Shown here in pieces: positions 1-8,018 of a stretch of DNA of 64,000 nucleotides. The first letter of the stretch is position 1, and each line of letters starts with the position of its first letter. The DNA comes from an uncultured Candidatus Saccharibacteria bacterium (GTDB lineage Bacteria > Patescibacteriota > Minisyncoccia > Minisyncoccales > Staskawiczbacteraceae): positions 2,093-66,092 of the forward strand of contig CAYNHB010000001.1 of NCBI GenBank assembly GCA_964397155.1, written 5' to 3'. The position numbers were made by a program, and so were the translations under genes. Below the pieces are notes generated by a model, which searched no databases, was not told the origin of the DNA, and saw only the letters and a program-made list of their open reading frames with translations.

Positions 1-1
1 T

Positions 2-550
2 CGTGAAGCAAATAGAAAGCTTATAAAAGCAGTAAAAATTGTTTTGCGAAGAAAATTGAACAGTCCAAGAAAGCGAAAAAGAATAGTTTGTGAATTAAAA
101 GGGACGAGAACCACTATTGCAATCAAAAAATACTTTTTTGGAAAAGTAAAAAATATCAAATTTGGAGTTTATGCCATTACTCTTAATAAAAAAAGGGTTT
201 ACGAAAGATTAAGTAAAAATAAGTCGCGAGTTTATAATTATATATCTCGTCAGGTTTTAAATAAAATTCCGTTTGAAAAAAATGGAGGAGATAGAGTAGA
301 ACTAATTATTGATAAATCAATGAGCAAACCCGAGATTGAAGAATTTAATTCTTATATCAGGCGGGAGCTAGAAACCAGATTATCGCCAAACATTCCACTG
401 GATATATACCACAAACTTTCTCATGAAAATTGCGGATTGCAAGCAGCAGATATGTTTTGTTGGGGGATTTTTCAAAAATATGAAAGAAAGAACAATGAAT
501 GGTTAGATGTTTTTAAGGAAAAGGTATTGTTTGATGAGCAGTTTCTATAA
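2..550 (+). CDS. DUF3800-domain protein, 5'-truncated by the window edge
   Basis: Frame is open from position 2 (REANRKLIKAV...). Shows ELK, LIID and the C-terminal S-x5-GLQAADMFCWGI (QxAD) motif typical of DUF3800. Confidence 0.8.
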   Translation, partial: REANRKLIKAVKIVLRRKLNSPRKRKRIVCELKGTRTTIAIKKYFFGKVKNIKFGVYAITLNKKRVYERLSKNKSRVYNYISRQVLNKIPFEKNGGDRVELIIDKSMSKPEIEEFNSYIRRELETRLSPNIPLDIYHKLSHENCGLQAADMFCWGIFQKYERKNNEWLDVFKEKVLFDEQFL

Positions 551-570
551 AAAAATCCCCTTACGGGGGA
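549..570 (-). terminator. Intrinsic terminator of the candidate sRNA
   Basis: Minus strand CCCC-GUAA-GGGG (GNRA loop) followed by A and a U7 tract. Confidence 0.7.
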
Positions 571-654
571 GCTGCCCTATAGATTTGTGATGTCTAGACT
601 ATTGCCAACCGATGGATGGGAACATCTAGAACAATCCATAAAGGACTTATGCTC
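549..654 (-). ncRNA. Candidate structured small RNA convergent with the DUF3800 gene
   Basis: On the minus strand, 5' GAGC pairs with 3' GCUC and encloses a long stem (CUUUAUGGAUU/AAUCUAUAGGG; UCUAGAU/GUCUAGA; CCA-CC/GG-UGG). It has its own promoter upstream and a terminator downstream. G-U pairs favour the minus strand. Confidence 0.65.
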
Positions 655-660
655 AATTTC

Positions 661-689
661 AATATAACACAAAAATGGATGTCAATCAA
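661..689 (-). promoter_or_regulatory. Sigma70-type promoter for the candidate sRNA
   Basis: Minus strand TTGATT (689-684), 17 nt spacer, TATATT (666-661) with an extended TG. Predicted start about G654, the first base of the closing stem. Confidence 0.6.
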
Positions 690-745
690 GAGTTATTCAC
701 ATACGCATGTCTAACCATTAGCAAGCAAATAAAAAACAAAAAATT

Positions 746-1063
746 ATGGAGTATTTATATTTTGTTTTAATTTTATTAGTTTTGATGGTTGCTGGTTTGG
801 TTTTGTGGGTTTGGTATTTGTCTAAAAGAAAAGAAGAGGGTGGGCTGGAGAAATACAATGAAGAAGTACAGGCAAAGAAAAAAGAGGCGCAAAGCAAGAT
901 TATGGCTCTTTTTGGCAGTAAAGACAAAATTTGCAACAGCGATGTCCAAAAACTGCTGGGCATTTCTCAATCTTCAGCAACAAGATATTTAGATGACCTG
1001 GAGGCAGAAGGCAAAATTAAGCAGATTGGCAAAATAGGCCAAAGCGTGTTTTACACAAAGTAA
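746..1063 (+). CDS. Small membrane-anchored winged-helix (DeoR-like HTH) protein
   Basis: N-terminal hydrophobic helix, charged linker, then ICNSDVQKLLGISQSSATRYLDDLEAEGKIKQ. Paralog at 63402. Confidence 0.8.
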   Translation: MEYLYFVLILLVLMVAGLVLWVWYLSKRKEEGGLEKYNEEVQAKKKEAQSKIMALFGSKDKICNSDVQKLLGISQSSATRYLDDLEAEGKIKQIGKIGQSVFYTK

Positions 1064-1066
1064 GTT

Positions 1067-1137
1067 GAATGGCCCAAGCACTGTCTGGGCCATTCGCAGG
1101 AAGCTAAAAACGCCCCGCAGCGGGGCGTTTTTAGCTT
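1067..1137. terminator. Two hairpins between convergent genes; the second is a bidirectional terminator
   Basis: GAATGGCCCA-N9-TGGGCCATTC (1067-1095), then the perfect inverted repeat AAGCTAAAAACGCCCCGC-A-GCGGGGCGTTTTTAGCTT (1101-1137). Confidence 0.75.
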
Positions 1138-1889
1138 ATTTTGGGGAGAGTTTCAAGTATCAATTTTTTAACATTACCTACGTTTTTGCCGAATATTTCA
1201 AAAACTTCTTTCCAAGTAACAGCGCTTTCTTCTTCCAGCCAGCTGTCATAGTCAGTTGACATTGCTATTGCAGAATACTCTATTCCTGCTTCGTTTGCCA
1301 GAATACACTCTGGGGCTACAGACATATTAATTACATCAGCCCCCCAAATGCGAAACATTTTTGACTCTGCTTTTGTAGAAAAGCGTGGGCCTTCTATTGT
1401 GATTACCGTGCCATTTGGGTGGAATTTAAGATTCAAATTTTTTGCGCTTTCAATTAAAATTTGTCTTAACTCGTTTGAAAAAGGTTCTGGCATGGCAGTA
1501 TGTTTTGCGTTTTCAGATCCTCCGGCAAACTCCTCATAATAAGTTATTTTTCTGTGCCTTGTAAAATCAATAAACTGGTCGAGTATAACAAGGTCGCCCC
1601 TTTCAATTTCTTTTTTTAAACTGCCGCAAGCAGTGCTGGCAATAATATGTTTTACTCCAAGCTCTTTTAGGGCTAAAATATTTGCCCTGAAATTCACTTG
1701 AGTGGGCGGAATGGTATGGCGCTTGCCGTGCCTTGCCAAAAAAGCAATTTTTTTACCTTTTAATTCTCCAATTTTTAAAGCAGAGCTTGGCTGGCCATAT
1801 CGCGTGTTAACCTCCAAGTCTTTTACATTTTTCAAATCCTCCATATCATAAAGCCCTGAACCGCCAATTATTCCTATATCAGCTTTCAT
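1131..1889 (-). CDS. mtnP: S-methyl-5'-thioadenosine phosphorylase
   Basis: IGIIGGSG, ARHG..H.IPP, ACGSL, IEGPRFSTKAES, INMS, TDYD motifs. Confidence 0.93.
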   Translation of the reverse strand: MKADIGIIGGSGLYDMEDLKNVKDLEVNTRYGQPSSALKIGELKGKKIAFLARHGKRHTIPPTQVNFRANILALKELGVKHIIASTACGSLKKEIERGDLVILDQFIDFTRHRKITYYEEFAGGSENAKHTAMPEPFSNELRQILIESAKNLNLKFHPNGTVITIEGPRFSTKAESKMFRIWGADVINMSVAPECILANEAGIEYSAIAMSTDYDSWLEEESAVTWKEVFEIFGKNVGNVKKLILETLPKIS

Positions 1890-2409
1890 ATTTTATTAAA
1901 GAATTTATATTTTGCTCTTTTAATTGTTCTTTGCCTTTTAAAAAAACTAATTCAATTAAAAATTCAACTCCAATTAATTTGCCTTTTAACTCCTTTACTA
2001 AATCAACAGCTGCTTTCATTGTACCTCCTGTAGCTAAAACATCATCAACCAGCAAAACTTTTTCACCCGGCAAAATTGAATCTTGATGCATTTCAATTGT
2101 GTTTGACCCGTATTCTAAAGCATAATCCCTTGAAACTGTTTTTGAAGGCAGTTTGCCTTTTTTGCGCACAATGGCAATGCCTGTTTTTAATTTGTATGCC
2201 ATGGCAGAAGCCAGCAAAAATCCGCGGGCATCAATGCCGATTATTTTGTCTATATCTTGTGCTTCATAGGGGTGGCACAATTCATCAATCATTATAGAAA
2301 AAATTTCTTTGTCTTCCAGCAAAGGGGTTATGTCTTTAAAATTAACCCCTGGCTTTGGCCAGTCCGGAACTTCCCTTATTTTTGATTTGAAAAGTTGTTG
2401 GATGTTCAT
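1879..2409 (-). CDS. apt: Adenine phosphoribosyltransferase
   Basis: PDWPKPGVNFKDITPLL, ARGF, RKKGKLP, LEYG, VDDVLATGGT. Confidence 0.96.
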   Translation of the reverse strand: MNIQQLFKSKIREVPDWPKPGVNFKDITPLLEDKEIFSIMIDELCHPYEAQDIDKIIGIDARGFLLASAMAYKLKTGIAIVRKKGKLPSKTVSRDYALEYGSNTIEMHQDSILPGEKVLLVDDVLATGGTMKAAVDLVKELKGKLIGVEFLIELVFLKGKEQLKEQNINSLIKYES

Positions 2410-4949
2410 TCTGAATAGTTTTTAATATATTTTTCCGCGTAATCCTGACCCAAAGAGCTTATAAAGTTTGCTACATGGGTATGGATGCTCGGATCTAATT
2501 TTTCTGCAAGCACAGCTTCGTAATAGGCCTTTTCGTATTCACCTAATTCTTTGCAAACGCCAGCCAAACTAAAATGGTAGGCGCCTTCATTTGGGTATCT
2601 TGCCACTGCTTGCTCATAAAGCGACTTGGTTATTAAATATTCTTGCCTGGCTTTTTCGGTTTCTCCTATTTGGTTATACACAAAAGCTAGGGAAGAATGA
2701 AGAGTCGGGTCATTAGGGCTCAACCCAAGCAGTTGTTTTAAAAATTCTGGCACCTCTTTATTTTCCGGCTGTAACTCAAAAACTTTAATAGCCTCTTTGG
2801 CGGCTTTGCTATATTCTCCTATTTGCCTGTATAAATAAGCTAAAACAGCGCGGTAGCCGGCATTATTGACGTCATTAAAAACAGTTGCCATATAATAGGC
2901 GTCGGCGGCGTCTTTGTAATTTTTTTGGCTTATATAAGCAACCCCGAGCTGTATATAAGGATAAGAGGTATCAGTTTTTTGTTTTGCCTCCTCAACATGT
3001 TTTTTGCCGTTTTCCTGGTCTCCTAAAAACACTTCAGCTACGCCCAAGTACCAATAGCAGTAGCCGTTGCTGTCGTCTATTTTTATGCAGTCATTTGCTG
3101 TTTGCTTCATTGCCTGGTAATCCTCGGCCAATAAATGGCTTTTTTCCATTTCTATTAAAATTTCCTGCCGTTTTGGGCTTGATTCCAGAGCTTTATTAAG
3201 ATAGCCCACTGCCTCGGAAGTAAGCTCTTTCTTGCTTTTGGCATCTTCTTTTTGCGCCGCCAAAACATTTGTGAATGCTCCCAGGGCAATCCATGTTCTG
3301 GTGTATCTGGGCTGGATAACAGATGCTGGCTTTAAGGCATTAACTCCAGACAAAGCATATTCTTCCTGTTTTTCCGGAAATGCTGAAATGCATTTTTTAA
3401 TAGAGTCAAAATATTTTAATCCTGCGTAAGATTTTAAAATTCCTGAATTTGGCCAAGTTTTGCCCATTATATCCAGGGCTTTTTGGCATTTTCTGGCGCT
3501 GATCAGATTGTCGGCATAAACAATATTATTGTTGAGGTATAAGGGCTTTATGTTCCAAAACCAGATAAAAAAGATTAAAAAAATTAAAAGAGGAATATAA
3601 ACAAACTTGTTTTTTCCGGCATTTGTTTTAGGCGGCAAAATGACTATTTTTTCAGCTGGCAAGGAGAGCAGGTAAAAGGAGCAGCCGATAAAAAAGAAGG
3701 AAATAAGATAAGTTGAAAAATCGTCAAAATTAAAGAAAAGCGCCACAAGGTACGCAACAAACATAGTTTGAAGCCCGTGAGCCAGGTAAGTATTCGGGCT
3801 GTCGCCAGTCTGCCTTTTAAATTTCTGGAGTTGCCACAAAAGCAATATCCAAAAAGAAACATAAAACAAAAGGGCTAATATGCCTGAATTGACCCATATT
3901 TCCAAAAACGCATTGTGGGGCCTGTCCCACCACAGATTTTTGACATCTTTAATTGTGGGGTCGTAGTATTTTTCAAAGCCCATATAAAAATTTTCAGGGC
4001 CCCAGCCCAAGATAGGTTTTTCTTTTATTGCCTTGAGAGTGATTTTCCATGCTGAAAAGCGGGTTCCGGCTAAATCGGAAAGCACCCCTTTAACAGACAG
4101 CCTTTGGGCAGTTAATTTTAGTAAAGTATTTTTCTCTGTAATTTGAGGAAAAAAGTTAAAAAGCAAAACAGCCAGAAAAGCCAGCAAGAGTATGGAAGCG
4201 CTGATTGTTTTGAGAGATTTAAATTTTTTAGGATAAAAAAAGAAGAAAAAGAAAAACCCGGCTAAAAGACCAAGGTAAGTGGCGCGGGAGCCGGTGATCA
4301 AAATAGTAAAAATAAAAAGCAGAAAAAGAAGGCCGTAAATTATTTTTTTCTTTTTGATTTTTTCCTTGACAAACAAGGTAAAAGATAAAAAAACCAGAAA
4401 AATTGTATAAATTGCCAGAAAAGTAGCGTTGCCCAAAAAAGAAGGCGTGCCCCCGCTTTCAAAAGAAATAAAAACATTTTTTAAGATATTAAAATACTGG
4501 ACAATAGCCAGCAAAGAACATAAAATTCCTACTAAAAACAGCGAACTAAACAATTTTTGCCAGATGTTTTCATTGGTGAAAAGAGCTAAGGCAACAGTAA
4601 AAACAAAGAAAAACAATAAATTAAGCGCGCCTCCGCCTCTTGAGGGAGAGCCGAAGATGCTGAAATTTATATCCTGTGAAAATATAACAGACAGGATTAT
4701 AACCGCAAAAAAAGCCGACAAGGCCAGAAAGGATAGATATTTAGAAAATTCCCACTTAGGAACAGAAAAAGAAAACTCTTTTTTATAGAAAAATTTATAA
4801 AGCAGAAAACAAGCCAAAACGGTTAAAATTGTCCTGAATAAAATCGTCCGGCTCCATGTAGCTGGCTGGAATGTTGGGGGGAGAAGAACTATCGGCATAA
4901 ACACCAAAAGGCAAAGCCCCCATAATAAAAATTTTGAATTGCTTTCCAT
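2406..4949 (-). CDS. O-antigen ligase / O-oligosaccharyltransferase-like membrane protein with C-terminal TPR repeats
   Basis: Many TM helices; LGN, TGSRA, R...W...KPILGWGPENF, DRPHN.FLE motifs (Wzy_C family); helical TPR-like tail. Confidence 0.85.
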   Translation of the reverse strand: MESNSKFLLWGLCLLVFMPIVLLPPTFQPATWSRTILFRTILTVLACFLLYKFFYKKEFSFSVPKWEFSKYLSFLALSAFFAVIILSVIFSQDINFSIFGSPSRGGGALNLLFFFVFTVALALFTNENIWQKLFSSLFLVGILCSLLAIVQYFNILKNVFISFESGGTPSFLGNATFLAIYTIFLVFLSFTLFVKEKIKKKKIIYGLLFLLFIFTILITGSRATYLGLLAGFFFFFFFYPKKFKSLKTISASILLLAFLAVLLFNFFPQITEKNTLLKLTAQRLSVKGVLSDLAGTRFSAWKITLKAIKEKPILGWGPENFYMGFEKYYDPTIKDVKNLWWDRPHNAFLEIWVNSGILALLFYVSFWILLLWQLQKFKRQTGDSPNTYLAHGLQTMFVAYLVALFFNFDDFSTYLISFFFIGCSFYLLSLPAEKIVILPPKTNAGKNKFVYIPLLIFLIFFIWFWNIKPLYLNNNIVYADNLISARKCQKALDIMGKTWPNSGILKSYAGLKYFDSIKKCISAFPEKQEEYALSGVNALKPASVIQPRYTRTWIALGAFTNVLAAQKEDAKSKKELTSEAVGYLNKALESSPKRQEILIEMEKSHLLAEDYQAMKQTANDCIKIDDSNGYCYWYLGVAEVFLGDQENGKKHVEEAKQKTDTSYPYIQLGVAYISQKNYKDAADAYYMATVFNDVNNAGYRAVLAYLYRQIGEYSKAAKEAIKVFELQPENKEVPEFLKQLLGLSPNDPTLHSSLAFVYNQIGETEKARQEYLITKSLYEQAVARYPNEGAYHFSLAGVCKELGEYEKAYYEAVLAEKLDPSIHTHVANFISSLGQDYAEKYIKNYSE

Positions 4950-4986
4950 AATATTTTATGATACAAATTAAATATGCAAAAAGCAA
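4934..4986. promoter_or_regulatory. Overlapping divergent sigma70-type promoters
   Basis: Plus strand TTGAAT (4934-4939), 17 nt, TATGAT (4957-4962). Minus strand TTGCTT (4986-4981), 17 nt, TATCAT (4963-4958). Confidence 0.5.
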
Positions 4987-5417
4987 GAAAAAAAATAGTG
5001 ATAACATCCGGTTATTGGAACCCTGTGCACGTAGGCCACATAAATTTATTTAAAGGAGCTAAGGAGATAGGAGATGTCTTAGTTGTAATTATGAACAACG
5101 ACGAGCAGGTGGAATTAAAAGGCGGCGCTATTTTTATGCCAGCAAAAGAAAGAATAGAAATAATAAAAGCCATAAAATATGTTGATGAAGTTTTTTTATC
5201 TGTTGACAGTGACAGTTCTGTTTGCAAGAGCTTAAAAATAATTGCAAAAATGCACCCCGGTTGCGAGCTTTTTTTTGCAAACGGCGGGGATAGGCACCAT
5301 GGCAATATTCCCGAAACAGGGGTTTGCGAAGAATTGAATATAAGGGTGGTAGATGGAGTCGGGGGAGAGAAAGTGCAAAGCTCATCATGGATGCTGAATA
5401 AAATTAAGAATTCTTAA
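4974..5417 (+). CDS. Cytidylyl/adenylyltransferase (HxGH family)
   Basis: SGYWNPVHVGH, NND, ER, ANGGDR, KVQSSS. Confidence 0.85.
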   Translation: MQKARKKIVITSGYWNPVHVGHINLFKGAKEIGDVLVVIMNNDEQVELKGGAIFMPAKERIEIIKAIKYVDEVFLSVDSDSSVCKSLKIIAKMHPGCELFFANGGDRHHGNIPETGVCEELNIRVVDGVGGEKVQSSSWMLNKIKNS

Positions 5418-5421
5418 ATCA

Positions 5422-6360
5422 ATGGATATAATTGTTGTTTGTCATACAGAATTTGGTTTTACCTCCGGCAAAAAAATAGTTTTTGATAAAAAAGGCCGGC
5501 AGGGCGTTAAAAGCGGGGTTAAAAATTTAATTGAATTAGCAGGCAAATACAAGGCCAAGATAACCTTTACTGTTTGCCCAGAAGTTGTTGATTTTTTTCC
5601 AAAAAATACTTACCATGAGATAGGATTGCATGTCCACCCAGGCTGGGAAAAATTCAGCAAGCCCGGGTTTGAATGGTTTGTAGGAGACCAATATCTTAAA
5701 GAACATTGCCGTCAGTCTTCGTTTTCCAGCGCCTTGTCAGACCACCCTTATTCAGAGCAGTTTGAGATGATAAAAATAGGCAAGGAGTATCTTAAAAATA
5801 GATTAGGCGTTGAATCAAAAGTTTTTGTTGCCGGCCGCGGCTCTGTAAACGATGATACTATAAAGGCGCTGGTGGAAAATGGATTTAGCCACGATTGTTC
5901 AGCCTTAGCAAACAAAAAATTAGCTTATTTGGATTGGTCAAGATTGCCCAGGATTTGCATGCCCTATCACCCCGATGCAGGAGATTATCAAAAAAAAGGG
6001 GACTTGCCTATTTTGATTGTTCCTGCTGCCCAAGTGATATACGGAAGATCTATTGCCCCAGAGAGTGTTCCTAATTTTGGTTTTTCTTGGTTTAAGGCTT
6101 GTTTTTTAGAGTATTACAGGCAAAAGGCGCCTTTATTTCATATTTTCACTCATTCGCCGACAATGACCAGCCCTTATTATTTATCTGTGATGGATAGTTT
6201 TTTTTCTTTTATCTCAAAGTATGATAATATAAATTTTAAATTTGCTTCACAAATTAAAGAATACCCGGATGCGAATTATAAGACATATTTATGGTCTTAT
6301 TTATTTTCTCCCAATAAAGAAATCGCAAAAACAATTCTTAAGAAATTCAAGGGATTATGA
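5422..6360 (+). CDS. Polysaccharide deacetylase-like protein (NodB/WalW-like)
   Basis: HTE, HEIGLHVHP, FVAGR, D.S, HSP motifs. Confidence 0.65.
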   Translation: MDIIVVCHTEFGFTSGKKIVFDKKGRQGVKSGVKNLIELAGKYKAKITFTVCPEVVDFFPKNTYHEIGLHVHPGWEKFSKPGFEWFVGDQYLKEHCRQSSFSSALSDHPYSEQFEMIKIGKEYLKNRLGVESKVFVAGRGSVNDDTIKALVENGFSHDCSALANKKLAYLDWSRLPRICMPYHPDAGDYQKKGDLPILIVPAAQVIYGRSIAPESVPNFGFSWFKACFLEYYRQKAPLFHIFTHSPTMTSPYYLSVMDSFFSFISKYDNINFKFASQIKEYPDANYKTYLWSYLFSPNKEIAKTILKKFKGL

Positions 6361-8018
6361 AAAAAGAATACAAATCAATTTTTCTTGTAAAACTTCCTCT
6401 GTGTTCTCATCCTGACTCCGAAGACAGCGATAGTTTTAGAACCAAAAACCCGTTTAGGCCGGACCCTTCTTTGGCTTTACCGGCATTGTGCGCTTTTATA
6501 GAAAGATACAAAACTTATGATTATAAAATAAAAGCCGTAGATTTAAACCTAGAGGCTTATACTAAACCCGGAACCCCGGTAGATCCGTCTGTTTTCCCCG
6601 GATTGTTAGAGAAAACTATTAAAAACAACGATTATGATGTTTTATCTATATCAATAATGTTTGTTTTTAATGTAAAGTGGGTTGATGATATTGTAAAATT
6701 ATCAAGAAAATTTCATCCTGAGGCAAAAATAATTATCGGTGGCGGATATCCTACGCTTTTTCCTGATAGATGTTTAGCAAAACACGATATTGATAACGCG
6801 ATAATAGGGGAAGGAGAAGCTACTTTTTTGCATATTATTAATAAATATAATAATCATCAAGATCCTGAGTTTGATAAAAAATTTCCTCATGGGTCATATG
6901 CGGCAAAAAATGAAAAAGGAGAAATTAATATTATCGAAGGAAAGAACAGCTTTATTGATCTAGCTAATTTGCCAGTTCCGGCTTGGGATTATATAAATAT
7001 AGAAAAATATTTTGAGAAGAGCGGGGAAAGCACACTGCCAATTGAAGGGAGCAGAGGATGCCCGTATCGTTGTTATTATTGTACCAGCTTCCTTTTTTGC
7101 GGGCCAAGGATTCGCTATAAGCCAGTTGATAATTTAATAAAAGAGATATTAGAGATAAAAAAAAGATACAAGGGTGTAAAAACTTTGCGTTTTGTAGATG
7201 ATAATCTTTCTTTTTCTAAAGACTGGATCAAGGATTTATTGAATAGAATAATAGATATGAAATTGCCGTTAAAATTAGAGATTCAAAACTTTTCAGTCAA
7301 GCATTTAGACGAAGAAATAGTAAGCTTATTAGTTAAAGCTAATATGAAGACATTTACTCTAGCTATTGAGTCAGGTTCTCCTGAAATACAAAAACGCATT
7401 AACAAGAACTTAAACCTTGATATGGTAAGAGGAGTAGTAAAAATGATAAAATCTCATGGTGTTCATCTCCATCTTTGCTGGATGGTAGGCTTTCCAAATG
7501 AAACATTGGATCAGATTAATGAAACTTTTGCTTTCGCCCGCGAATTAAAAGCTAACTCAAACCAATTTGTTACAGTTTTACCGTATCCTGGAACGCCGAT
7601 GTTTAATGAGGCAAAGAGAGACAATTTACTAGTTTTTTCCGAAGACAATTTAGATAAGTTTGATAATAGGAGATGTGACTATTTAAAATCAGATCAATGG
7701 AATTATGATCAGCTTCAGAAAATTATATATGATGCCAATATTGAAATGAATTTTCTTAAAAATCCTTCTCTTGAAACTGCTGAAGGGCGAGACCGCCTCT
7801 TAGAGTTTTTTCAGCCCCTTTTATTGGCGATACCAGAACACGTTGTTTTGCATTTAGTTGTTGGATATATTCACAAGAAGAAAGAGAATTATTCTGAATC
7901 TGAAAAGCATTACAATACAGCCAAAGAGCTTTTAAAAGACAAAAAGCTTTCTGAAACTTTTACTAAATATTTATCTTGGGATAACCTAGTTATACGAGAT
8001 TTTAACGCATGGCTATAA
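6357..8018 (+). CDS. Cobalamin-dependent radical SAM protein
   Basis: N-terminal B12-binding domain (IIIGGGYPT, GEGE); SRGCPYRCYYC; DDN, IESGS, GFPNET, PYPGT. Confidence 0.9.
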   Translation: MKKEYKSIFLVKLPLCSHPDSEDSDSFRTKNPFRPDPSLALPALCAFIERYKTYDYKIKAVDLNLEAYTKPGTPVDPSVFPGLLEKTIKNNDYDVLSISIMFVFNVKWVDDIVKLSRKFHPEAKIIIGGGYPTLFPDRCLAKHDIDNAIIGEGEATFLHIINKYNNHQDPEFDKKFPHGSYAAKNEKGEINIIEGKNSFIDLANLPVPAWDYINIEKYFEKSGESTLPIEGSRGCPYRCYYCTSFLFCGPRIRYKPVDNLIKEILEIKKRYKGVKTLRFVDDNLSFSKDWIKDLLNRIIDMKLPLKLEIQNFSVKHLDEEIVSLLVKANMKTFTLAIESGSPEIQKRINKNLNLDMVRGVVKMIKSHGVHLHLCWMVGFPNETLDQINETFAFARELKANSNQFVTVLPYPGTPMFNEAKRDNLLVFSEDNLDKFDNRRCDYLKSDQWNYDQLQKIIYDANIEMNFLKNPSLETAEGRDRLLEFFQPLLLAIPEHVVLHLVVGYIHKKKENYSESEKHYNTAKELLKDKKLSETFTKYLSWDNLVIRDFNAWL

